This document shows positions 1-8,742 of a DNA stretch of 32,000 nucleotides, piece after piece. The translations under genes and the position numbers were made by a program. Source of the DNA: Wolbachia endosymbiont of Cimex lectularius (GTDB lineage: Bacteria; Pseudomonadota; Alphaproteobacteria; Rickettsiales; Anaplasmataceae); assembly GCF_000829315.1 (NCBI RefSeq), contig NZ_AP013028.1:120001-152000 (forward strand), in the 5' to 3' direction. The first letter of the stretch is position 1, and each line of letters starts with the position of its first letter. The notes beneath the pieces were generated by a model. It worked only from the letters and a program-made list of their open reading frames with translations, made no database searches and was not told where the DNA came from.

Positions 1-8
1 CAGAGCTT

Positions 9-1214
9 TTGAATAAAAACGTGCTTAATAAAATTTCTCACTTAATTGTTCCTAGTAATATCATTAGGCCTCTCGCAAAATCCTATGTCATCTCGAATAC
101 TTCCAAAATTTTGTCATCCCAGTGCTTTGACACTGGGATCCAGAAAAAAAAAGTATGGATTCCAGTGTCAAGCACTGGAATGACACCAGGTAGAGAAACG
201 ATACCGGACAGTGTTGCTTCTCTCGAAACCGTCAATCTAGTGAGAAACAAGGCAAAAGATAGCGACTTAATAGTTGCACTTGGTAGCGGCACTGTTAATG
301 ATATTTGCAAGTATGCAAGCTACCTCGAGAAAAAAGATTACATATCGTTCCCAACAGCAGCTTCTATGAACGGCTATACCTCTGCAAATGCTTCAATATT
401 AGTAGATGGGCATAAAAAATCGTTCGCAGCACATCTTCCCAAGGCAGTATACATCGACATCAATATGATCGCCGACGCACCACTGCGCCTTACATTAAGC
501 GGATTTGCGGATTTTATCTGTCGTTCAACAGTAGAAGCCGATTGGCTATTATCTCATCTGCTACTTGGCACAGAATATAACGAATTACCTTTCGTACTTG
601 TTCGCGATCTGGAGGAAATTTTGCTTAGAGAGCACCTAGCTCTTGCAAAAAGAAGCAAAAAAGTGGTCTTATTACTTATGGAAGCCTTGCTAATCTCAGG
701 ACTTGGAATGGCGATATCAGAGGGCAGCCATTCTGCGAGCCAAGGAGAGCATATGATAGCTCATGCAATGGAAATGCTGACAAAAGATTATTCTTCACTA
801 CATGGCGAAAAAATTGCTGTTACAACGCTTACCATGGCTAATTTGCAGGAAAAGATATTATCAGTACAAAATCCTACCATTAAACCAACCACTTTAGATG
901 TAAAGCGTATAACTGAGTGTTTTGGTAATACCGAATTTACAAAAATTCTAGAGCAGAAAAAAATTCTGCAGCAAAAAATTGGAGGGATCATTCATAAGGA
1001 ATGGAATAATATTTCCAGCTTAATTAAGCAAAATTTACTACCTGCAAGACACCTGCAGAAAATATTTGAAGATTTGTCAATTCCACACTTACCAGAGCAT
1101 CTAAATTGGAACAAAGAGCAATATTGCAAAGTGGTTAACTTTGCATTTGCAACAAGAGACAGATTCACCTTTCTTGACTTGGCGCACTGCATAGAAGAAA
1201 GTGAAGTTTTGTAG
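9..1214 (+). CDS. iron-containing alcohol dehydrogenase family protein (glycerol-1-phosphate dehydrogenase-like, Fe-ADH_2 type)
   Basis: 401-aa ORF. Motifs ALGSGTVNDICKYAS, FPTAASMNGYTSA, SGFADFICRSTVEADW and SASQGEHMIAHAME fit the Fe-ADH/G1PDH fold. The track start is TTG and the frame stays open to the window edge, so the true 5' end is uncertain. Confidence 0.75.
   Translation: MNKNVLNKISHLIVPSNIIRPLAKSYVISNTSKILSSQCFDTGIQKKKVWIPVSSTGMTPGRETIPDSVASLETVNLVRNKAKDSDLIVALGSGTVNDICKYASYLEKKDYISFPTAASMNGYTSANASILVDGHKKSFAAHLPKAVYIDINMIADAPLRLTLSGFADFICRSTVEADWLLSHLLLGTEYNELPFVLVRDLEEILLREHLALAKRSKKVVLLLMEALLISGLGMAISEGSHSASQGEHMIAHAMEMLTKDYSSLHGEKIAVTTLTMANLQEKILSVQNPTIKPTTLDVKRITECFGNTEFTKILEQKKILQQKIGGIIHKEWNNISSLIKQNLLPARHLQKIFEDLSIPHLPEHLNWNKEQYCKVVNFAFATRDRFTFLDLAHCIEESEVL
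113..185. repeat. short palindromic repeat element (RPE/WPE-like), in-frame inside the Fe-ADH ORF
   Basis: gtcatcccagtg..cactgggatccag-A9-gtatggattccagtg..cactggaatgac. The two arms are imperfect reverse complements and each arm holds its own hairpin. About 85% identical to 10200-10271. Translates as [25 protein letters not shown]. Confidence 0.85.
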
Positions 1215-1237
1215 TGGCTGGTTTGTTGCTAAAAAAA

Positions 1238-2020
1238 TTATAGGTCAACAAAAAAATTTGAATTGTGGGTTGCACATTCTTTGCTTGCATGAGTAACGTT
1301 TACACATTCTAGCTTACTACTACACAACAGGTATCCACCAAGTATAATACCTGCTACAGCTGGAGTAACGCTAACAACTGCACTTTTTTCTGCAATAGCA
1401 ATGATTCCTGTAACAATACAGATAGTGACCAGTGCAACAGCAGTATACTTTTGTGCATTTCGTTTCTCTTCAGAATTTATTTGATTCAAATAATTCTCAA
1501 ATGTTTCCTTAATTTCTTTGTCTTGCATTTTGTTAATTTCGCCACAAAGCTCTTTAAACTTTCTCAGATCTTTGTGTTTCAACCATAATATATCTTCCCT
1601 AACTACTTGATCGTCCAATAAGTAATCAGACACATAACTTCTCTTATCATTTGGCCTTTTGATGCATAGCACACTAGGTATTTCCCTTGTAAGATACACA
1701 CGAATCACTCCATAATTAATTAACATTGCATACAGCACAATATTTAATTTGTTCTGCGGATCACTAGTTATATCTTTACTTTTCAAACACAATACTAGAG
1801 AAGTAGTACTTAAATATTTCATATCATCTGTGATGGAAGAGCGTAAAATGATTTCAACTGCTTTTAAGAAATTTCCATTACCGACAAAATTAAAACCTAC
1901 GCCCTTATTTGCATTTATGAAACAGGTTATGTTTTGCATAACAAGTTGCTTATAAAATCCGCTTAATTTACTTCCATTTACTAGTCTTTTGAATTCTGTT
2001 ATATCTATCATTTCACTCAC
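1238..2020 (-). CDS. hypothetical membrane protein (two C-terminal TM helices)
   Basis: 260-aa ORF filling the gap between flanking genes. Hydrophobic stretches TAVALVTICIVTGIIAIA and VTPAVAGIILGGYLL. No family recognised. Confidence 0.5.
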   Translation of the reverse strand: MSEMIDITEFKRLVNGSKLSGFYKQLVMQNITCFINANKGVGFNFVGNGNFLKAVEIILRSSITDDMKYLSTTSLVLCLKSKDITSDPQNKLNIVLYAMLINYGVIRVYLTREIPSVLCIKRPNDKRSYVSDYLLDDQVVREDILWLKHKDLRKFKELCGEINKMQDKEIKETFENYLNQINSEEKRNAQKYTAVALVTICIVTGIIAIAEKSAVVSVTPAVAGIILGGYLLCSSKLECVNVTHASKECATHNSNFFVDL

Positions 2021-2119
2021 AGTTTCAATTATTAGCTAAAATTACAATATGCAATTATAGCCAGGTTCACCTGGTATAGCACAAACAACTTAAAAAACTA
2101 TTGACACCTTATTCCCTGG

Positions 2120-3184
2120 TTATCGCTCTATTTTACTTTCCAGCTCCAGTTCTAAAAGAGCCATTAAAGCAAGGTTTGTGGACAGTCCACTTGTTAAGAT
2201 GAGCTCATCTATATCAATGGGTACAGAGTTGATATGATTCACTATAACGGACTTTGCTTGTTGCAATTTTTTCTGTTTTCCATTTTCCTGGTTAACGTGC
2301 TCAACATCAAATAGGCTCTTTTGCCGAGGAGGTAAACTAAACCTAATACTCTCTATTATATCGTCAGCGGATTCGATAAGTTTAGCACCGTTCTTAATTA
2401 AATAATTGCTACCACTAGAGCGCAAATCCAAAGGGAAACCAGAAACTGCAAATACCTCTCTTCCTTGATCCAAAGCAAAATTTGCTGTTATTAAAGAACC
2501 GGAACTTTTCGATGCTTCAATCACTGTTACACCGAGTGACAAGCCAGATATAATTCGATTCCTTTGAGGAAAATATTGAGGCTTTGGTTTAGTCGAAAAT
2601 GGAAGCTCAGTAATTACTAGCCCACCATCTTCAGTGATTTTCTTGTATAGATCAGAATTTTCTCTTGGGTATACTACATCAATTCCACTCGCTGTAACAG
2701 CAATGGTAGGGTGATTTTTGTATATTACGCTGTTCGCTGCAGTGTCGATTCCTCTTGCAAGCCCAGAAACAACAATGAACCCTGCTTCGCTCAAGTCAAG
2801 TGCTAGCTTACTGGCAAAATTTCTCCCATTCACTGAAGAATTACGACCACCGATTATTGCAACTATCTCACGGCTTAATAACGACACATCACCAAGTGCA
2901 GTTATTACGGAAGGACAACCCGGTATATTTCTTAAAATGTCAGGGTAATCTGGATCACATGCAGGTATGATTTTGGCTCCAATTTTCCTTGCATTATTGA
3001 TCTCTTTTCGTGCATCTTGAATGCTATATACCTTTTTATTTTTAGTGAGCCCATCGAGATATTTTAGCGCTTCATCCAGTGACCCACACGCTCTTAGCAC
3101 ACTAGAAAACTTTGTTGCTCCTAAAGCTCTAGCTAGGCTCAACCATATCTCTAATTCTTCATTGCTCAATTTATTTATCTGCAT
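2120..3184 (-). CDS. dprA: DNA-processing protein DprA (Smf)
   Basis: 354-aa ORF with the DprA Rossmann core IGGRNSSVNGRNFASKLALDLSEAGFIVVSGLARGIDTAAN and the YPRENSDLY..GGLVITE motifs. Confidence 0.9.
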   Translation of the reverse strand: MQINKLSNEELEIWLSLARALGATKFSSVLRACGSLDEALKYLDGLTKNKKVYSIQDARKEINNARKIGAKIIPACDPDYPDILRNIPGCPSVITALGDVSLLSREIVAIIGGRNSSVNGRNFASKLALDLSEAGFIVVSGLARGIDTAANSVIYKNHPTIAVTASGIDVVYPRENSDLYKKITEDGGLVITELPFSTKPKPQYFPQRNRIISGLSLGVTVIEASKSSGSLITANFALDQGREVFAVSGFPLDLRSSGSNYLIKNGAKLIESADDIIESIRFSLPPRQKSLFDVEHVNQENGKQKKLQQAKSVIVNHINSVPIDIDELILTSGLSTNLALMALLELELESKIER

Positions 3185-3245
3185 AAAGGGCTTGAATTTC
3201 TTATTAATCTAGTGTACCCAAGATAATATAAATATACAGTGTTTT

Positions 3246-3620
3246 ATGACGCATTTTGTTACAGATAAATGCATAAAATGTAAATATACAGATTGTGTAG
3301 AGGTGTGTCCTGTTGACTGCTTCTATGAAGGCAAAAATATGCTCGTGATCAATCCAGATGAATGTATTGATTGCGGAGTGTGCATACCCGAATGTCCAGT
3401 AGATGCAATTGTAACTGACGATTCTATAAAGGGTATTTTAGAACTAGATGAAGAGTTACTGAGCAGTGAACAAAAAACTTTCAAATCATTTTACAACATA
3501 AATGTAGAATACTCGCAAAAGTGGCCAAACATCACAGCTAAAAAACAACCTCTGGATGAAGCAGAAGAGTATAAAGAAAAAAAAGACAAAGCAGCTTATT
3601 TTGGCGAAAATCTAGAATAA
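3246..3620 (+). CDS. fdxA: ferredoxin (7Fe-type, FdxA-like)
   Basis: N-terminus [29 protein letters not shown]...[18 protein letters not shown] carries the two Cys cluster motifs typical of FdxA. Confidence 0.9.
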   Translation: MTHFVTDKCIKCKYTDCVEVCPVDCFYEGKNMLVINPDECIDCGVCIPECPVDAIVTDDSIKGILELDEELLSSEQKTFKSFYNINVEYSQKWPNITAKKQPLDEAEEYKEKKDKAAYFGENLE

Positions 3621-3844
3621 TGCTACTGAAGGAAAAGGAAACCCTCACGGTTGTTGTTCTTGATTGCTGGTAGTGGTTGTGCTGTTTGTGTTTTTAATAT
3701 TATTCAACACCAACTAATCCGTTAAAGCGTAGTAGAACGGAGATTTGTCAAATCATCGGTAAATCTAAATTACTTTAGCTATAGCAGTAGGTTTCTATTG
3801 AAGGTAAGAGCATCTTTTATGTATGCCATATAGTAAAACATAGA

Positions 3845-4798
3845 GTGCCCATGTTTCCAACTATAGCAATTTTAAGTGGTGGATTCTCTTGTGAAAGGGA
3901 AGTATCACTGATGAGCGGAAAAGCGGTAAAAAAGGCGCTTGATAGCCTTTCATATAATACAATAGAAATAGATGTTGACAGCGGCATTGTTGAGAAGCTT
4001 AAAAAAATTAATCCTGATCTTGCTTTTATTGCTCTGCATGGACCTTATGGCGAAGATGGTTGCATTCAAGGTTTATTGGAAATTTTAGGTATAAAATATA
4101 CACACTCGGGAGTCATGGCTTCAGCTATTGCTATGGATAAGGCAATGTCCAAGCATATGCTCCGATCCCTCGGTATTGACACCCCAAAAGGTTACATAAT
4201 TAGTCGAGAAGATATACTAAAAAACAACATTAAAATTGAATATCCGTACGTCTTAAAACCGACCAATGAAGGTTCAAGCATTGGAGTACACATAATTTTC
4301 TCGCATGATGATTATTTAAAACTGAAAGATAACAGTTTTACTATCATGGAAAAGATGATCATAGAAGAGTATATACCTGGTGTAGAGTTACATACCGCTG
4401 TATTGTTAGATGAGGCAATTGGCACTATGGAAATACGACCAAAAAAGAAATTCTATGATTATGAGGCAAAATATACAGATGGGCTTGCAGAGCATATATT
4501 TCCTGCTGAAATTCCTGACGATGTATATAAAATGACCTTGGAGCATGCATTGAAAGTTCATCGATTTTTAGGATGTAAAACTATTTCTCGCTCAGATTTT
4601 CGTTACAACCCTAAGGATAATACTCTAAAAATGCTTGAGATCAATACACACCCTGGCTTTACTGAGTTATCGTTAGTGCCAGAAATTGCAAAATTGACAA
4701 AAGGCATTGATTTTAATGAATTAGTTAAAGTTATCGTTGAAGATAGTTTGCAACACAAAAGTATTAGAGACCAAGTAAATGCTGAGCAATGTTACTAG
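3845..4798 (+). CDS. ddl: D-alanine--D-alanine ligase
   Basis: IAILSGGFSCEREVSLMSG, ALHGPYGEDGCIQGLLE, PYVLKPTNEGSSIGV and LEINTHPGFTE match the ATP-grasp Ddl signature. The start may be GTG 3845 or ATG 3851. Confidence 0.9.
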   Translation: MPMFPTIAILSGGFSCEREVSLMSGKAVKKALDSLSYNTIEIDVDSGIVEKLKKINPDLAFIALHGPYGEDGCIQGLLEILGIKYTHSGVMASAIAMDKAMSKHMLRSLGIDTPKGYIISREDILKNNIKIEYPYVLKPTNEGSSIGVHIIFSHDDYLKLKDNSFTIMEKMIIEEYIPGVELHTAVLLDEAIGTMEIRPKKKFYDYEAKYTDGLAEHIFPAEIPDDVYKMTLEHALKVHRFLGCKTISRSDFRYNPKDNTLKMLEINTHPGFTELSLVPEIAKLTKGIDFNELVKVIVEDSLQHKSIRDQVNAEQCY

Positions 4799-5537
4799 AA
4801 GCCAAAGGAGTTTTCTGCGTAAGTGTGCTTTGGTTATTATAATAGCACTCTTTCTTACACTAGTACTCTATAGCTCGTTTGATAAAATCACAAGTCGATT
4901 TAATTATTACCTCACTTGGTGCAATGACTGTTTATCCAAGCTATTACTCAGCAGTGGATTTTCAATCGATGAAGTAGTTGTAACTGGCAATAAATTCACA
5001 AACGAAAAGGACATTCTAGGTTTGGTGGATAAAACGCAACCAATTATGTATGTATCACTTTCAAGACTTGCTGATAGCATACAGTCCGTAAGCAAATGGA
5101 TAAAACACGTAAGAATTTATAGAACTTTGCCCAACACCTTACATATTAACATAGATGAACATAAACCGTTTGCTCTCTGGAAATATGGTAACAGGACTTC
5201 AGTAATTGATTCCGAAGGTAAAGTGATTACAGACGACTATCCGATAGGTAATTTTGTTGTAATCACAGGACAAAACTCGCTATCGAACCTGAAATTTGTT
5301 AAAGACATATTAGGGAGCAAAACTCAATTGAGTAGCTACATTTCTTCTTGTGTTTATGTAGGAAATAGAAGGTGGAACATCATACTTGATAACGTTTCAA
5401 CAGTAAAACTGCCTGAAGATAATCCTCATAGCGCATGGGATTATTTAAACCAATTGCAAAACACAACTGATTTTACTTTCAGTGATTGGAGCATAATTGA
5501 TATGCGTATTACCGATAAAATCTTTGTGAAGAGGTGA
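4779..5537 (+). CDS. ftsQ: cell division protein FtsQ (POTRA domain)
   Basis: N-terminal TM helix (ALVIIIALFLTLVLY) followed by a POTRA-like segment (IDEVVVTGNKFTNEKDIL). Classic ddl-ftsQ adjacency with a 20-nt overlap. Ends in TGA. Confidence 0.8.
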   Translation: MLSNVTRSQRSFLRKCALVIIIALFLTLVLYSSFDKITSRFNYYLTWCNDCLSKLLLSSGFSIDEVVVTGNKFTNEKDILGLVDKTQPIMYVSLSRLADSIQSVSKWIKHVRIYRTLPNTLHINIDEHKPFALWKYGNRTSVIDSEGKVITDDYPIGNFVVITGQNSLSNLKFVKDILGSKTQLSSYISSCVYVGNRRWNIILDNVSTVKLPEDNPHSAWDYLNQLQNTTDFTFSDWSIIDMRITDKIFVKR

Positions 5538-5588
5538 TCTGCTGTCATCCAAGTAGACAACAGTGGAAAAAAGCTACCCGATAGAAAC

Positions 5589-5999
5589 GAAAAAAACTAC
5601 TTGACAAGTTCCTTCAACCTCCTTATAATAAGGCTGAAGCTATTTGTTTATTTTCGCAATCTGTGCACCTCACGTCTTTTTAAAACTTCGGGTTTTTACC
5701 TATACAAGCTGAAACGCGCTTATAAGTCGTTTAAGACAGTATAGAACGTCAAATAGACAAGGGAGAATTTGAATACTAGCTGCCCTAGAGTTTTTTTGCT
5801 CTTTTTCCTGCTTAGTAAATTTCTTAATGTTGATAGTTTTGGTTATTTACATTTAAAAGTAGCTGAATCGTAGCGCTGAGAATAAAAACGCCGATATTTG
5901 AGGTACATATAAATAATTAGCCACCGACCGGGGTTTCTTTTGCTTTTTTTTTTTTAGTAAATTTCTTAAGTATTTATAGCTAGTTGCAATTTATGAACG
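5589..5999 (+). repeat. composite intergenic repeat module, copy I (promoter + conserved leader + two tandem ~125-140-bp units)
   Basis: Ordered similarity to 27550-28035. Shared blocks are aaaaaactacttgacaagttcc, ctcacgtctttttaaaacttc.ggttttt.acctatacaagct, gcgcttataagtcgttta and ccggggtttcttttgc+T-run+tagtaaatttcttaa (twice). Followed by a 10-bp-stem hairpin at 6000-6024. Confidence 0.8.
5601..5629 (+). promoter_or_regulatory. consensus sigma70-type promoter (TTGACA-17 nt-TATAAT) with no downstream + strand ORF
   Basis: TTGACA at 5601-5606, a 17-nt spacer, TATAAT at 5624-5629, read directly from the sequence. Function untested. Confidence 0.55.
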
Positions 6000-6042
6000 A
6001 ACATTTGTTTTTACAACAAATGTTGTCATAAAGTGAAATGAG

Positions 6043-6115
6043 ATCCCAGCGTCGCGCGCTGGGATGACAGGAAAGGGGGATGCTGGGATGACAGGAGAAG
6101 GAGTGCTGGAATGAC
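6043..6115. repeat. degenerate or rearranged copy of the palindromic element
   Basis: atcccagcgtcgcgcgctgggatgacagg hairpin followed by two further termini, gctgggatgacagga and gctggaatgaca. Same terminal motifs as 113-185, 10200-10271 and 28046-28166. Confidence 0.7.
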
Positions 6116-6143
6116 ATCATTGTTGACTGGCAAAACGGTACCT

Positions 6144-7622
6144 TTAATTTGTCCTATTACCATTGGTATTACAATTCAATAACTCTCCAAAATCAATTAT
6201 GTTTGCAAAGTAGTCACTATCTATAACGTCATCACTTACACCATTAACATAAATGAGGACTGGGCAGCATGAAAAGCCTTTTGGACGGTTTAGTGTATCT
6301 ATTTTCGTTTGTACTTCCTGGATTATTGAATGACCAATTTTATTTTTTGAAAATTTGATTTCGCAAATGTAGAGAGTGTTAAACTTTGTTTGAATCATAT
6401 AATCAATTTGACAACCAGCACTATTGCTTGTCTTCCTCTGAAAAAATGGATTTTCGTTTACTATTCCATCAATTCCCAAGATATTATGTATGCTCTTTCT
6501 ATTGTTAAGCACCAAATTTTCAAACTGAAGTCCGATGATTGTATGCCACTCCGGTAGAGATGCAAGCAATCCCATGGAGTAGGCATCGCGATTAATTTTT
6601 CCTAGATTTTTTTCAATATATTTTAGGTAAAACCTTAAATAGTTATCTTGAAGTCTATACCTTCTCAGTCGCGAATCAATACCCGTTTTTATATTCCAAG
6701 TGTGATCCTTTGTAATAAAACCAGCAAGCTCGAGCTCATATAGATACTCGGAAATGCGTCCATGTCTCGCAATGTCTAAAGCAGCACAAATTTCTTCCTG
6801 TTCTTTAGCTCCGGTAGAAAGAGCCCTGACTATTTACTTATAAAAAGCTGTTTTTCGCATGAATAAATCTGAAAATATTTGGTCAAATTCCTCAACTAAA
6901 AATCCGCCTTTCGAGAAACAAAGCTTTTTGATATTTTCTTCAGCACTGTGTTTAAAATTTACCTCTTCTAAATATTTTGGAATTCCGCCAGTTACTGCGA
7001 GCACCTTAAACTTTTCGTATGCTGAAATATTCTTTGGCCAAAATCTATTGCAATCAGAAAGTGCTAATTCCCCGAGTGTCAAAGTCAACGATATTCTTCC
7101 CACAAAACCAGTGCTACTGAGTATGTTTTTTTCGATCCAAGATGATGCAGATCCACACACAACAAAAATTAACTTGTTGTTATTTTTTAGCTGTGTATCC
7201 CAAAAATTCTTTATTTTGCCTAAAAAAGTTGGATCTTTTGAGCCCATCCAAGAGATTTCATCAAATAGCAGTAATATTTTCCCTGATAGTAGACGCTCGC
7301 CAACTGCCCATAGTAAATCGCTCCAGTCATCATACCTAGCAAAAGACGTATTAAATTGCCTAGCAATTTGCCTAGAAAATTCATTAAGTTGGTGAGATAT
7401 TGTAGTATTCTTCTCCGGCGGTAAACTTATAAATGAGTAATATTGCTCAAAATGCTTACCAAACTCTTGAATTAATCGACTTTTTCCTATACGACGCCTT
7501 CCTTTGACTACAACAAAAGAAGCGGTATTTTTTTCTTTAAGCTCCAGTAATTGCTTTAACTCAGCTTGCCTACCAATAAATGATGGAGACATAAAACACG
7601 AAATGTAAATCTTTGTTTCCAT
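6144..7622 (-). pseudogene. AAA+ ATPase (Arch_ATPase/ATPase_2-like) with wHTH and PD-(D/E)xK-like C-terminal domain, split by one in-frame TAA
   Basis: ORFs 6834-7751 and 6144-6575 are in the same frame. The 258 nt between them translate without stops (..ALSTGAKEQEEICAALDIARHGRISEYLYELELAGFITKD..), so the only lesion is TAA at 6834-6836. Motifs: FIGRQAEL, VVVKGRRRIGKSRL (P-loop), LLLFDE (Walker B), and C-terminal GLQFENLV..DYMI..CEIKFS. The track N-terminus (MLTLPHISKILNRF) is read out of the IS end. The likely start is M at 7622 or 7592. Confidence 0.75.
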
Positions 7623-7709
7623 TATGTGTGATAAAATTGGAGACGTAAATAAATAAATTGTGATCTTTGTCTCCACTTTTTCTGGGTAAGGTCGACCAAA
7701 CCTATCTAA

Positions 7710-8568
7710 GAACCTGTTTAAAATCTTGGAAATGTGAGGTAAAGTAAGCATAGATTAATAATGAGGTGTCTATGCAGAAAAGTTATCCAAGTAATATAAG
7801 TCAAGAGCAGTTTGAAAAAATCAGGCCAATTTTGGAGAGTAGCAAGCAGAAAACAAAACCAAGAAAACTTGATTTGTATGACGTATTTTGTGGGGTGTTG
7901 TACGTCTTAAAAAGTGGTTGTCAGTGGAGGATGTTACCAAAGGGTTTTCCAAGATGGGAAAGCGTATATTACTATTTTCGAGTGTGGAGTAAAAAGAGTG
8001 GAGAAGAGCCAAGCTTGTTGGAATTAGTCTTAAAAAAAATTAGTTGGAGAGGTCCGTATCAGCAATGGTCGGAAAGAGAAAACTAGCTTTTGTATAATTG
8101 ATTCTCAAAGCGTTAAAAACGCAGATACTGCTGAAAAAAAAGGCTATGATGCAGGTAAAAAGATTTCAGGGATAAAGCGCCATATTGCAGTTGATACACA
8201 AGGTTTGCCACATGCAATTTATGTAACAACGGCAGAAGCAACTGACCGTAGCAGTGCTGTGAAAATGGTCGAAAATGCTAAAGCAAACCTCTCTGAAGTT
8301 AAAAACATACTGGTTGATGCTGGCTACACAGGAGAAAATTTTGCAACACAAATAAAAGCTATCATTGGTGCGACTGTTGAAGTAATAAAGCGAAGTGAGT
8401 TACACACTTTCGTCGTATTGCCAAAAAGATGGGTTGTTGAACGCTCTTTTGCCTGGTTAGAAAAGTGCAGGCGATTGTGGAAAAATTGCGAGCGGAAGCT
8501 CAACACTAGCTTACAGATGATAGTCCTCTCCTTCATTTCTCTCTGTTACGAAGATTTTAAACAGGTTC
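7710..8568 (+). mobile_element. IS5-family insertion sequence, copy A (859 bp)
   Basis: Terminal inverted repeats gaacctgtttaaaatctt / aagattttaaacaggttc, flanked by TAA on both sides. More than 99% identical to the other three copies. Unique changes are G at 8007 (S for N) and a 1-bp deletion near 8543 that lets orfB run out of the IS. Confidence 0.9.
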
Positions 8569-8612
8569 TAAAAAGCAAACTACAACTGTTCCTTCAGAGT
8601 AAGTTTAGCTAA
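7766..8612 (+). CDS. IS5-family DDE transposase (orfA 7766-8086 + orfB frame, which is +1 relative to orfA; join at A8 tract 8032-8039)
   Basis: orfA has the DUF4096-like HTH (YVLKSGCQWRMLPKGFP). The orfB frame carries IIDSQSVKN (D1, 8094-8120, upstream of any ATG), VDAGYTG (D2) and VVERSFAWLEKCRRL (E). The C-terminus is altered by the 1-bp deletion. Confidence 0.8.
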
Positions 8613-8742
8613 CTTTAGAATGATTTAACATAAATCATTACAAAATGCCAAGAAGTAAATTAACAACAGAAAAAATAACATAAAAATCTTTTTACTTCAA
8701 AAGTATGCTATTTAATATAGTTTAAATCATCTAAATAAATTT

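Noticed and set aside
5733-5998. Tandem ~130-bp units here and at 27752-28035 considered as a CRISPR-like array.
   Set aside because: The whole unit is repeated with no short direct repeats alternating with unique spacers. There are only two units per locus and no cas genes.
8026-8045. Canonical -1 programmed ribosomal frameshift on the IS A8 tract.
   Set aside because: The -1 frame reads AAT TAG immediately after the tract, and orfB is in the +1 frame. Only +1/-2 shifts or loss of one A in the mRNA give a productive fusion.
7821-8536. Antisense ORFs inside each IS copy (for example 7821-8012, 8166-8351 and 8324-8536, with equivalents in copies B, C and D).
   Set aside because: They recur only because the IS copies are near-identical. 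They are shadow frames of the transposase with no start context or recognisable motifs.
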